Assembly: GCA_024137785.1 (NCBI GenBank)
Contig: JAHRHZ010000082.1
Location: forward strand, 15,462,419 to 15,526,418
DNA: 64,000 nucleotides
DNA from: Ginglymostoma cirratum
Taxonomy: Eukaryota
Reading direction: 5' to 3'
Shown here: piece by piece, positions 37,450 through 49,990 of the stretch
How positions within the stretch are numbered: the stretch's first letter is position 1
Layout of the letters: each line of letters opens with the position of its first letter
Notes under the pieces: model-generated
Told to the model about the DNA's origin: nothing
The model's input: only the letters and a program-made list of their open reading frames with translations
Databases searched by the model: none
Translations under genes and position numbers: made by a program

Positions 37450-38400
37450 GAGCAACTGAATGACCATCTGGAAACTGTTCAGGAAACAGTTATTCGGGAT
37501 AAGATTTGGATCACATGGAAAAATGTGGCTTTATTTTGAAAAGCCAGCAGTTTTTTCCCAAGGAAAAAGCATGTGCCTCTAACTTGCTGAAGTTTTTGAA
37601 GAGGTATCAGAGATGGCTGGTGAGGGAAACATCGTTAATGTGGCATGCATGGACTCTCAAAGGTATTCGGTACAGAGTCCTACAACAGAATTGTGAGGGA
37701 TGTTATAGGTCATGGAGTAAAAGGGATATTGGTTGAGGGATAGGAAATAGAGTTTTGATTAATGGTTATTTTTCCAGCTGGAGGAAATTTTGTGGATCTC
37801 AATCTTGGTGTGCAGGGGACAATTTCAAAGTGTCTGGATCATACATGGGAGCATTGTAAACTGTGAAGAGGACAGTGCATCACTTCATAAGGATTCTGAC
37901 AAGTTGAAGTTAGAGGACAGATTAAGTTCAGTGCAGACAAGTGTGAGGTGATACATTTGGTACAAAGAACATGGAAAGACAGTATAAATGAAAGGCAACT
38001 ATTCTAAAGTGCGCATGGGAACAGAAAGACCTAGGTGCATATGCGTTTTCCTTGGCGAGGAGAAGGTGAAGAGATTTGATTGAAATCTTCAAAATCATGA
38101 GGATTCTGGACAGAGTAGCGAGGGAGAAATTGTTCCCATTCATAGGAAGAAGGAGAACCATGGGCCATGATTTTAGTGATTTGTAGAAGAAGCAAATGTG
38201 AAGTGAGTCAGTGACTGTCTGAAAATGTGGTGGGTTCAGTTGAGGCATTCAGGAGCTCATTGGATGATTACTTAAATAGAAACAACTTGTAGGGTTATGG
38301 TGAAATGACAGCAGATTGACATTAAGTCAAAATTCTCAGAAAGCCAATGCAGACACAAGGGCTGAATAGCCTCCTGCACCACAACATTTGAGAGATTCTG
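37450..38400 (+). mobile_element. Old, deleted CR1 LINE fragment (RT to 3' UTR)
   Basis: ORF 37506 gives IL.SQ..F.K.KAC.SNLL.F, resembling the CR1 RT motif SQHGF..GKSCLTNLLEF. Confidence 0.65.
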
Positions 38401-39549
38401 AGATATATGCAACTGCTGATTCTCGAATTACAAATTCCTTGCCAGATAAATATTGTTGTTAGCTTCTTATGACTTTTTGGTATGTACGTATGCTGTCACA
38501 CCCATTCTGTTTACCTTTCTAATTGAAACTGATTCTCTCCACTTAAACTAACATTTTCTTCACTTTGATTTTTTTTACTGCTTCAAATGAAGACATGGGT
38601 AGTATGTAATAATAATCAACTCTTTTGCTCTTTGATTCTATATTTCTTCCTCCCAGGGCTAGGAACTTCACTGACATTGATTAATGCAGATAGTATTGCG
38701 TGGTGCAAAACTATTTCACAACATTTTTTTGCAATAATTTCCAACATGTGCAGATGTTGTTACAATTTTCTGTTTGTTTACTGCTGAAGCTCCAAACCAT
38801 TAGGTACTGCTATAATTCTGGAGGCTTCAGTCCCAGTCTCAGCTTGGCCACTGCATTGTACTCTGGATTCGGTGGGATTGGAGGAGATTAGAAAAATAGA
38901 AACAAAATAGCAGAGCTTCCATTGGTTCCATGTGAATTTTGACTCCTTCCTGATAACATACACAGCGTTAGCAGTGTTTGGTGAATAAGTGTGCTTATAT
39001 GTAGGGCTAAGCTCCAAAGAATTGAAATCTGAAATGTTCAAAGAGTAAAGAGCATTCCATGTCTAACCCAATGCTATGCTTCTTGGCCTCTGGTCTCCCA
39101 CTGTACATAAACATGGCTGTCAAAATTCTGCCGTTTCTTGAACTATTCCATTCACTCAACATGCCTTGTGCTTGTTGATCTCTCAAATACCAATTTTTTA
39201 AAAATCTCAAGCTCTGATGGACATCCCTTATGATTCATGTCTTTCCATTTAGCCCATTGTGTCTGCACCACCACACACGTGCACACACCCTGCCAGCTCC
39301 CAGAACTCTGATTCCTCCAATTCCAGCCCTTTTGACATCTCCACTCGTTAAGTGCCACCACTGGCTATTATTACTTCAACCACCTAATTTCTACAATTCT
39401 CAACCTCTCAATTTCTCCAAATCCACTCCTTTGAAGAAGCCGTTAAAATCACCACTGTGAGTTTTGCTCTCCTGATCATCAAAACACATGGAATAGGGAC
39501 CGTAAATCCCATTTCGCTGGTGTGTGATATTTCTGCCTTTTTCGACAAT

Positions 39550-39830
39550 TTTTTTTCCTTTTCATGTTCAATGGGGAGGGTCTCGGTCTGAGAATAAGAG
39601 GTCTGTCTTTCAGCATTAAGGAAATGTTTCTTCACAGGGCCTGGGAATCTTTGGAATTCTATGCCCTGGGGAGTTGTGGATGCTTGGTCTCCTTGATTGT
39701 ATTCAAGGCAGAGGTTGATAACTTTGAGAACTAAGAGAATGACAGACATACGGGGATGGTGTGGGAAGGTGGAGTTGAGGTTGATCAGCCATGATTGTGT
39801 TAAATGACATAACAGGGCAAACCAGACCAC
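39550..39830 (+). mobile_element. CR1 LINE 3' fragment within an L2-like relic (approx. 39160-39970)
   Basis: aggaaatgtttcttcacag...ctttggaattctatgccc...ttgatcagccatgatt. Confidence 0.55.
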
Positions 39831-40224
39831 TTGAACTCTGACTTCTCACATGTCCAGTTCCCTTGTAAAGTGTCTTCAGCTTCAGCCTGGTGTCAGTTTT
39901 TATTCAGTAGGACTTCTGTGAAATGCTTTGGGATTCCTTACAATGCATGTGCTGTGTAAATGCAGATTACAAGAAGGGTAAAACTACATACCTGCAGTCA
40001 CTACTAAAACAAAACAAAAGAGATTTGCATTTCTTTAGCACCATTCACAGCCACAGAACATCCCAAAGTACTGTATGGCCAATGTGGTGTAGTCAATGTA
40101 GGAAATGAGCAGCCAATTTTCTCATAGTCCCCAATACCTAGAGGATGTGATTTTTTTGTGTGTGATGTTGATTGAAGGTTAAATATTGGCCAAGTTTTTG
40201 AAGATGATTTCTTGCTCTGCTCCC

Positions 40225-40470
40225 ACCTAGAAGATCAAGGGCAACCAATCTACGGAAACAGCACTGTGATCTGTAATCCATTCTGTCTTGGAATTTGATT
40301 GCCGATCCTTCCCTGGGATCAAAGTCCTGGAACTACCCTTACTAATATCTAACTCAACATGAGCTGCAGCCTTTCCAAAAACAGCTCACCACCACCTCAA
40401 CGGCAATTAGGGAGAGACAATAGATGTTTGCCCTACAAGTGATGCCTGTATCTCATGAATGAATAAAATA
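40225..40470 (+). mobile_element. Non-LTR retrotransposon 3' fragment (same family as 17350-17710)
   Basis: aaagtcctggaact...cagctcaccaccacctc...gcaattaggga...atgaatgaataaaa. Confidence 0.6.
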
Positions 40471-40645
40471 AAACTGAAATTGATGAGAAATTCCAGAATT
40501 CTGCATTGCCAGCAGAAAATAAATGAATTGACGGCCCAAATAGACTTAAATGGGTACAAACATATATCCATGACAGTGACGTATTTACAAAGAGATCAAA
40601 GCCTGGAACTAAATAATTAAGTATGTGACTTCAAAAGAACAGAGG

Positions 40646-40820
40646 GACGTGGCGGAGGCGGGTAGAATTACAACATTTGAAAGGCATCTGGGTAGGTATA
40701 TGAATGGAAAGGGTTTAGAGGGATATGGGCCAAATTCTGGCAAATGGGACTGGATTTGTGTTTGGTTGGCATGGATGAGCTGGACCGACGGGTCTGCTTC
40801 CATACTGTATGACTTTATGA
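40646..40820 (+). mobile_element. Short CR1 3' end inserted in older CR1
   Basis: ORF 40625 gives VAEAGRITTFERHLGRYMNGKGLEGYGPNSGKWD, a CR1 ORF2 C-terminus. Confidence 0.8.
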
Positions 40821-40913
40821 TAGGGTGATGATGTTGCTTTGTTAGTGTGAGATAGATTAAGTATGATAGCGAGAAATGACCTTGGATTGGAAGACATAGA
40901 ATCCATTTGGAGC

Positions 40914-41214
40914 GGCACAGTGGCACAGCGGTTAGTACTGCTGCCTCAGCACCAGAGACCCAGGTTCGATTCCACCCTCGGGCGACTGTCTGTGTGGAGT
41001 TTCTGCGTGGGTTTCCTCCGGGTGCTCCGGTTTCCCCCACAGTCCAAAGATGTGCAGGTTAGGTTGATTGGCCATGCTAAATTGCCCGTAGTGTTCAGGG
41101 AGGTGTAGATTAGATGGGTTGTAGGGGGATGTGTCTGGGTGGGATGCTCTGAGGTTTAGTGTGGACTTGTTGGGCCGAAGGGCCTGTTTCCACACTGTAG
41201 GGATTCTATTCTAT
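40914..41214 (+). mobile_element. tRNA-derived SINE (HE1/V-SINE type)
   Basis: A and B boxes, V-domain and ggattcta tail. Confidence 0.9.
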
Positions 41215-42379
41215 GAAGTAAGACGTAACAAGGGATGGAGTCTATAAGCCCCCGAACAGTAGCTGCACAAAGGGATGGAGAATAAATTGGGGTAATGGGG
41301 CCATCTATAAAAAGGCAGTATGTTAACCGTGGGTGTCTTTAATATGTAGATTTGGATAGTCAGATTGGCAGAGGTAGCCACGGGGAAGAATTCATTGAGT
41401 ATTTGGGACAGTTTCATCAAACAAGATGTTGTGGGCTCCACCAGGAATCGGGCTATTTTGGATCTGGTAATTTGTAAGGTTTGTTTAATAAATGATTTCA
41501 GAGAAAAGGACTTCCTAGAAAACAAGTGACCATAGCATGGTAGAATTTAGCGTCCAGCTTGAGAGTGAGGAACATGGATCAGAAACAACTCCACCCAAAT
41601 AAGGTAATTATAAAGGAATGGGGATAGAACTGGCTGGAGTGGACTCGGAAATGAGTTCAGAAGAAAAGATGGTTGCAGAACAATGAAGATGTTTAAGAAG
41701 ATAGTTCCTGACATCATCAAAGATGTATCCCAGTGAAGAAAGGGGAATTTAGAAAGGATAAACCAACTAAGGTTAACCAAAGAAGTTAAAGATAACATCA
41801 AATTGAAAGGAAAAGTAACAAAGATTGGAGGTAAGAGCAGAGGATTGGGACATTTTAAAAACCATTAAACTATTATCAATAAATAAGAGAAAATAAACTT
41901 TGAGGGTAAACAAGTAATATTAAGACGGACAGCAAGACCTTCTTTAAATCTATAGAAAGGAAGAGGGCGTCGAAAGGGAACATTTGTCCCTTAGAAAATG
42001 AAACTGGAGAAATAGGGAAACTAGGAAATGGCACAGAAGTTGAATAAGTACTATGCATCAGTCTTCACAACAGAAGATACTAATAGCCTTCCATAAATAC
42101 TAAATAATTAAGTGGCAAACGGTAGGAAATTTTAAAAATTCATTACTAGTGAAAAAGCTCTAGGGAAACTAATGGAATGAGAGACTGATATGACCCCACA
42201 TCTTGATGGCTTGCATTCTTGGATTTTGGAGACAGTAGTTCCATAGATAATGTATGGACTGGTAATAACCTTCCAAGACTCCTTAGATTCTGGATAAGTC
42301 CCTGAGGATTGGACAATTGCAAATGTAACACCTTTATTTTGAAAGGGATGGAGACAAAAACACAGATAACTATAAGCCA

Positions 42380-42610
42380 TACAATGTGGAGCTGGAGGAA
42401 CGTAGTAGGTCAGGCAGCATTAGAGGAACAGGAAAGTTGACGTTTCGCCTTGGGGCCCTTCTTCAGAAATATCAGTCTCTAGTCCCATTTCCGAAGAAGT
42501 CTCCCCTCCGTCAACTTTCCTGCTCTTCTGATGCTGCCTGACCTGCTGTGTTCCTCCAGCTCCACATTGTGTTGTCTCTGACCCCAGCATCTGCAGTTCT
42601 TGCTATCTCT
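42380..42610. mobile_element. Penelope-like fold-back inserted in CR1 ORF2
   Basis: About 90 bp inverted arms, tail on the right. Diverged 16-bp TSD agataactataagcca (42364-42379) and aggtaactgcaggcca (42611-42626) duplicates the CR1 GNYRP codons. Confidence 0.8.
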
Positions 42611-43351
42611 AGGTAACTGCAGGCCAGTTAGCTTAACATTTGACATAAAATATGAGGAAAATATTAGAATCTATTATAATGGATGTGAAAGCAGAGCATG
42701 AAGAAATACAAACTATGAAGAAGCACAGGCAGAATGGCTTAATGAAGGAATATCATGCCTGACAATTTTTTTGAATTCTTTGAGGAGATAGCAAGCAGGA
42801 TACACGGGGGGTGGGGGAACGAGTAGATATTCAGATTTCCAAAAGGTGTTCGGTAATGAACTGCACTATGTTAGACTATTAAATAAGATAAGAACCCATG
42901 GTGTCAGGGATAGTATATAGCAGGGATAGAAGATTGGCTAACTAATAGAAAACAGAGTTGAAATAAGGGGAGCATTTTTGGGTGGGCACCTTAAAACTGA
43001 TGCAGTGTCACATGGATCAGTGTTAGGGTCAGAAGTACAATATATATTAGTGACTTGGATCAGGAATGCAAATGATTATATCCAAGTTTACACATGACAA
43101 AAAAAAAGTGGGAGGGAAGTAATGAGGATGACACAAAGTCTATGGAGGGATATATACTAGTTAAGAGACTGGGCAAAAACTTTGTAGATGAACATTATGT
43201 GGGAAAATGAAAGTTTATGCATTGTAGTGGGAAGAGTCGAAAGGAGTTGAATTTTATTTTAAATGAAGAAAGACTTCAGAAAGCTGTAGTACAGAGGGAT
43301 TTGGAGTCCTTGTGCATGAATTACAGATAGGATTGAAGTTCAGCAGGTATT

Positions 43352-43565
43352 AAATCGTAAAGTTGCCATACTCCTACTAGACAATAGGGCTGCTCTCTCT
43401 CATTAGAGAGAGAAGACTGGTAGTGGTTTAACCTGATCGTACCACCCCTCGGGCAAGGAGAGAGGTTGAGAGTCCTTCCTGGTAAGCTCAGCCAGTGTGG
43501 ACATTGAACTAATGCTATTGGGTTCTCTCTGCTTCACAAACCAGCCAAGTGAGCTAATTGACCCT
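43352..43565 (-). mobile_element. tRNA-derived SINE (second family)
   Basis: agggctgctctctctcattagagagagaagactggtagtggtttaacctg...gagctaattgacc. Homologous to 57864-58057 and 62780-62870. Confidence 0.6.
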
Positions 43566-43665
43566 CTAGGAAAAGCAAATGAAATGTTGGCTTTTATTGC
43601 AAAGGGAATGGACTACAAAAATAGAGAAGTCGTGCTAAAATTACACAGGGCATTAGCCCAGGCAC

Positions 43666-46600
43666 ATAGAGTCGTAGAGCTGTACAGCACAGAAACGAAC
43701 CCTTCAGTCCAACTCATCCATGACAACCAGATATCCTAAATAAATCTAGTGCCATTTCTCAGCATTTGGCCCATATTCCTTCAAACCCTTCCTAATCATA
43801 TACCCATCTAGATGTCTTTTAAATGCTGTGATTGCACTGGCCTCCACCTTTACCTTTGGCAGCTTATTCCATATGTGCACCACCCTCAGCGTGAAAACAT
43901 TGCCCTTTGGGTCCCTTTTAGATCTTTCCCCTGTCACCTTAAATCCATACCCTCTAGTCTTAGACTCCCCTACCCTGGGGAAAAGACCTTAGCTATTCAC
44001 TCCATTGATGTCCCTGATGATTTTATAAACTTGTATAAGGTCATCCCTCAGCCTCCGATGCTCCAGAGGAAATAACCCCAACCTATTCAGCCTCTCCTTA
44101 TGGCTCAAACCCTCCAACGCCGGCAATATTTTGTCAACCCTTTCTGAACCCTTTCAGGTTTCACATCCTTCCTATAGCAGGGAGACCAGAATTGAACACA
44201 GTTTTCCAAAAATGGCCGAACCATTGCCGCAATATGACCTCCCAACTTCTATACGCAATGCAATGACCAATGAAGGCAAGCACAGCAAACATCATCTTCG
44301 CTATCCTATTTACCTGTGACTCCATTTTCAAGGAACTATGAACCCGCGCTCCAAGGTTGCTTAGTTCAGCAACACTCCCCAGCACCTTACTATTAAGTGT
44401 ATAAATCCTGCCCTGATTTGCCTTTCCAAAATGCAACACCTCACATTTATCTAAATTAAACTCTTTCTGCCACTCCTCGGCCCATTGGCTCATCTGATCA
44501 AGATCTCATTGAACTCTGAAGTAGCCTTCTTCGCTGTCCCACTACACCACCTCTTTTGGTGTAATCTGCAAACTTACTAACCATACCTCCTATGTTCACA
44601 GCCAAATCATTGATATAAATGATGAAAAGCAGTGGACCCAGCACCGATCCTTGTGGCACACTGCTGGTCACAGGCCTCCAGTCTGAAAAGCAACCTTCCA
44701 CCACCACTCTGTCTTCTACCTTCGAGCTAGTTTTGTATCCAAATGACTAATTCTCCCTGTATTCCATCTGATCTAACCTTGCTAACCAGTCTACCAAGAG
44801 GAACCTTGTCAAATGCCTTACTGAAGTCCATATAGATCACATCCACCGCTCTGCCCTCATCCATCACGTTTGTTACTTCTTCAAAAAACTCAAAGTTAGT
44901 GAGACATGATTTCCCACGCACAAAGCCATGTTGACGATCCCTAATCGGTCCTTGCCTTTCCAAATACATGTAAATCCTGTTCCTCAGGATTCCCTCCAAC
45001 GACCTGCCCACTACCGTTATCTACCTCACCAGTCTATAGTTCCCTGGCTTTTCTTTACCACGTTTCCTACATAGTGGCACCATGTTAGCTAACCTCCAGT
45101 CTTCTGGCACCTCACCTATGGCTATTGATGATACAAATATCTCAGCAAGGGGCCCGGCAATCACTTCCCTCGCTTCCCGTAGAGCTCTAAGACACACCTG
45201 ATCAGGTCCTGGGGATTTATCCACCTTTATGTGTTTTAAGACATCCAGTACGATCTCCTCTGTAATATGGACAATTTTTCAAAATATCACTATTTATTTC
45301 CCCACGTCTGTATCTTCCATGTTCTTCTCCACAGTAAACACTAATACAAAGTACTCATTTAGTATCTCCACCATCTCCTGTGGTCCTATGCATTGATGGC
45401 CTTGCTGATCTTTAAGGGGCCCTTTTTTTCCCTAATTACCCTTTTGTCCTTAATGTATTTGTAGAATCCCTTTGGATTCTCCTTAATCCTATTTGCCAAA
45501 GTTACCTCATGTCCCCTTTTTGCCCTCCTGATTTCCCTCTTAAGTATACCCCTACTGCCTTTATACTCTTCTAGGGATTCACTCAATCCTTGCTGTCTAT
45601 ACCTGACACATGCTTTCTCCTTTTTCCTGACCAAAACCTCAATTTCTCTAATCATCCAGCATTCCCGAAACCTGCCAGCCTTGTCCTTCTCCCTAACGGG
45701 AACATACTGTCTCTGCAGATGGTGGAGTCAGAGATAACACAGTGTGGAACTGATGTTTCAGGTCAGGACCCTTCTTCAGAAATGGGGCTTTCTGAAGAAG
45801 GGTCCCAATCCAAAACATCAACTTTCCTGCTCCTCTGATGCTGCCTGGCCTGCTGTGTTCCTCCAGCTCCACACTATACTGTCTCTGGACTCTTGTTATC
45901 TCATTTTTCAGCCATCTCTTTACCTGAAAACATCCACCCCCAATCAACTTTTGAAAGTTCTAATATCATCAAAGTTGGCCTTCCTCTAATTTAGAACTTT
46001 AACTTTTAGATCTGATCTATCCTCTTCCATCACTATGTTAAAACAAATAAAATTATGGTCACTGGCCCCAAAGTGCTCCCCCACTGACACCTCAGTCACC
46101 TGCCCTGCCTTATTTCCCAAGAGTAGGTCAGGTTTTGCACCTTCTCTAGTGAGTACATCCACATACTGAATCAGAAAATTTTCTTTTATGCTCTTAACAA
46201 ATTCCTCTCCATCCAAACCCTTAACACTGTGGCAGTCCCCCAGTCTATGTTTGGAAAGTTAAAATCCTCTACCATAATCACCCTATTATTTTTACAGATA
46301 ACTGAGATGTCCTTACAAATTTGTTTCTCAATTTACTGATGACTACTTGCTGGGGGTCTATAGGACAATTCCAATAAGGTGATCATCCTTTCTTGTTTCT
46401 CAGTTTCACCCAAATAACTTCCATGGATGTATTCCCAGGAATATCCTCCCTAATGTTACTCTTAATCAAAGACGCCACTCCTCCTCCTCTCTTGCCCCCC
46501 TCCCCGACCTTTCTACCCTTCCTATAGTATCTATACCCTGGAACATTAAACTGCCAGTCCTTTCCATCCCTGAGCCATGTCTCTCTAATTCCTATGATAT

Positions 46601-46753
46601 CCCAGTCCCATGTTCCCATCCATGTCCTGAGTTCATCTGCCTTACCTGTTAGGCCTCTTGCATTGAAATAAATGCAGTTTAATTTATCAGTCTTACCTCG
46701 TTCTCTGCTTTGTTCCTGCCTGCCCTGACTTGGTCCTTTTCCCAACTCTACCA
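43666..46753 (-). mobile_element. Younger CR1 LINE, near-complete ORF2 (APE + RT), frameshifted
   Basis: Consecutive minus-strand ORFs: CIYFNARGL...IIGIRETWL, GASDHN, KSPGPDQ...VPEDWRLAN, QHGFVRGKSCLTN...[22 protein letters not shown]...KFADYTK, WNKLP...FKRHLD. Confidence 0.95.
45716..45875. mobile_element. Penelope-like fold-back inserted in the younger CR1
   Basis: Perfect 12-bp TSD atactgtctctg (45704-45715, 45876-45887). Centre gacccttcttcagaaatggggctttctgaagaagggtc. Confidence 0.85.
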
Positions 46754-48281
46754 TCTAGAATACTGTGAATGGTTTTTGTCCCCTTGTCTAAAAAAACACA
46801 TTACTGGCATTGGAGTTGGTCCAGAGAAGGTTCATTGGATTGATCCTGGGTATGAACAGGTTTTCTTCTGAAAAGTGATTGAGTAGATTGTGCCTGTACT
46901 AATGGAAGTTTGGAAGAATGGGAGACAACCTTATTGAAATATCTGATTCCTAGAGGGCTTGCCAGCGTATATATTCAGAGGTTGCTTCCCCTAGTGAGAG
47001 AGTCTAGGACCAGAGGGCATATTCTCCAATGGCAGATCCCTAGTTTAAGACAGTTAGGGAGGGATTTCTTCTCTGAGAGTAGGGAATCTGTGGAATTCTT
47101 TACTGTAGAGCGCTGTTGCTGCCGGGTTGTTAAGGATGTTCAAGATCCAGATAGATTTTTAACCAGTGAGGGAATCAAGAATTGCAGAGAAAAGGCAGGA
47201 AAATGGATTTGTGAACTACCAGATCAGCCATCTCATCGAATGGTGGTCCAGACTTGATGGGCTGAATGAACTACTTCTGCTATGACATCCAGCTCTCTGG
47301 CCTAAAACTGTGTTGGTGTTTTTGTGTCTTGATCAACTCCTGGTTTCAGGATTGTGTGGATGCAGGAAAGAAAGAAAAGCATCAAACCACATCCTGAAAT
47401 AAATTTGTTTCCCATTTCTAAATTACATCTATATTCTAAGTGGACATATGGTTCTGAAAATCCTGGAAGGCATGGAGGAAGAAGTAAAAAGGTGTGTAAA
47501 GCTGGTGGTGTGACTGAATTTCACAAGATGTTTGGATTGATTGTTTTCATTAGAAGTCACCAGACATCAACTGAATGTTTTGTTGTATTGTCGTTTAAAT
47601 ATTATGCCACTTTATAGATTTGATTGCACTCCTAAGACTGTATCTGTGTGTAATATACACAAAGCATGTATTATGTTCTGTGTCTGAGTATTATCTATAT
47701 TATATATAGAATGGGTGTGTTTCTCTGACCATAGATGCCAAGGTCTGTTCAATAGTTCATTCAGTGATTACACAAAAAACAGGAAGAGAGGAACTTAATG
47801 AAAGGAGAGAAGAGGTTTGGTAAAGAAGGTTCAACAGTTGAAATTAGACTTTCATCCTTATCCTAATAAAAATATACATTGAAATCATATGCTATGAGCT
47901 CTTTAATCAACTGGTACAAAGAGGGTCATTGTATTTGTCTACAGAGTATGAACCCTTGTATATACTTAAAGAAGTGCTTATTATCTAAAGGGGTTTGACA
48001 CTCTTCATGTTAGGAAATGTACTCCTTCCGTCACCCTCTACTCGTGTGGTCCTTTCACTGATGCTTGACACGTTCTTCTAAACCAAACAGCACTTTGGTC
48101 TAGCTGAATGAACTTCAAAGTGCCTAGAGAACCCCTGTGTTCCTGGCACTTGCCATTGTCTTGCAGCTTGACTTTCTTTTTCCCTGAGGTCTAATTACTT
48201 CCAACTGCTCGCAGTGCTTTGAAGTGGTGAGCACACTCGAAGCACCTGCCACAAACTGTAAAGTGCAGGTGGGGCGAAAGC

Positions 48282-48435
48282 AACAAGCAAGATTGAACTC
48301 TCGCCAGGCTGTCCATACTGGACCACTGCTGGGTTAATGTAATCCCCCTTCCACAAGGAACAAGCAAGACTGAACTCTCGCCAGGCTGTCCATACTGGAC
48401 CACCGCTAGGTTAATGTAATCCCCCTTCCACAAGG
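48282..48435. repeat. Tandem duplication, 2 x 77 bp
   Basis: aacaagcaagaYtgaactctcgccaggctgtccatactggaccacYgctRggttaatgtaatcccccttccacaagg occurs twice with 3 mismatches. Confidence 0.95.
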
Positions 48436-49044
48436 ATCAAGACTTCACAGTATTTTGTTAATTTAAATTAGCTGGTTCTGATACATTCTTACAGCACTGT
48501 GAATGGCAGGACAGTTTGCTCACATGCAAGCAATATTGACATTCGTACAGTCAATTCGCCAGCATTCAGAATTTTATAGCAGCCTTAAAATTGGTCTAAT
48601 GAACTTAGTCAATAATTGCTCTCAATTGCATAATTGTGTTTTATTGCTTGGACGTTGCACTGATGTGTATTTGAAATGCAGGGACTGCTGGTAAATTGAC
48701 CAGAGGCTTGTCCCCGGTCAACTGATGAATTTAAGGTACTTATGGGAAAGATAGTGTTGGAGTTGAGAAAGACGTTGGTAAATTGCTCTACACAGCCACC
48801 TTGTGGACATAATCTGGAAGTACATTGTGACAGGTGAGGGACTTAAATCCAAATGGTAATGATCAACTGGAAAGTGCGACCAAACAATGTGACAGTCTGC
48901 AGTCAGGTCTCTGGGCAAGAAGGAAATGTCCCACACAATATTTTTTGATACCGGAAATTTGATTTCACTGTTGGGTCCCTTAAAGAGAGATACTGCTACT
49001 CTCAGGGATAGGATTAGACAGGCTTAGATTCTGTTTAAAATTAA

Positions 49045-49990
49045 ACAAAGAACCACAGATGCTGGAAATCTGAAACAACAACAGAAAATTGCTGGAGAAA
49101 TTCAGCAGGTCTGGTAGCATCTGTGGAAAGAAACTAGTTAACATTTCATGTGCAACAACCCTTTTTCAGAACATATGGTAGCTAAGAAAAGGTGGCATAT
49201 ATACTAAAGATAGCAGGTTGGTTGGGGGAGTACATGATAGGTGGAGATGGAGCCTAGAGAGAGAGAATGACAGACAGACAACGGGATGGATAATGGTGAT
49301 CCGGGGTGAAAGAAAAGCTGGTCATTCGGGCTATAAGTAGGTGAAAATGGGTTGACTGTGCTGAAAGCAGCCTATCTCTCAACAAGGTTTGGGGTAGTTA
49401 GAAGACGTGGAAGATGATGTTCAGGCCCTAAAATTATTGAGTCCTAAAGGCTGCAGGGTCGACAAGCGGAAAATGAGATACTCTTCTTCCTGCTTGTGCT
49501 GAGCTTCGCTGACACAATGCAGCATGCCTGAGATAGAGATGTTGACCAGAGAACATCATGGTGTGTTGAAATGGCAGACAACTGGAAGCTCGGGGTCATT
49601 TCTTACAGACAGAACATAGATGTTCTGCAAAGCAATCGCCCAATCTGCGTTTCGTATCCCCAATGTAGAGCAGACCTCATATTCACTGCTCACAGTAGAG
49701 TAGATTGAATGCAGTACACATAAAGTATTCTTCACCTGGAAGATGTGTGTGGAGCTTTGGATGGTGAGGAGGGAGGAAATAAACAAGCAAGTGTTACACT
49801 TTCTGTAATTCCATGAGAAGGTGATGTGGCGAGTTGTTGGGAGTGGAAGAGAAGTGGACCATGGTGTCCCAGAGGGAGTGGTTCCTGTGAAATGCTGACA
49901 AGGGACAGGAAGAGAATGTGTGTCTGGTGGTGGCATCCTGCTGGAGGTGCAAAAATGGTGGTTTATGATCTTCTCTATAAAACCTACTCT
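49045..49990 (-). mobile_element. Penelope-like element 3' portion (GIY-YIG remnant)
   Basis: Minus-strand remnants include CNTCLFISSLLTIQ...FQVK, LGDCFAEHLCSV and ELPVVCHFNT. Family B/C-type end at 49045-49175. Confidence 0.8.

Larger units (their letters stand above)
40495..47285 (+). mobile_element. Old CR1 LINE ORF2 (APE to RT to 3' UTR), decayed and interrupted by five direct insertions
   Basis: Starts with an APE-like segment (KINELTAQIDLNGY). Continues through ttctggataagtccctgaggattggacaattgcaaatgtaacacctttattt (SG.VPEDW.IANVTPLF), resumes at 46754 (LEYC...VQRRFIGLIL) and ends in a CR1 3' UTR. Confidence 0.8.

Noticed and set aside
47350-47402. Phase-compatible alternative ASPSCR1 last exon (tttcag|GA...GLCGCRKERKASNHILK*) with overlapping AATAAA
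   Set aside because: No homology support and a weak pyrimidine tract. Phase compatibility arises by chance one time in three. Would need RNA-seq.
48282-48435. CRISPR-like or regularly spaced array
   Set aside because: Only two abutting copies with no spacers, in a eukaryotic context.
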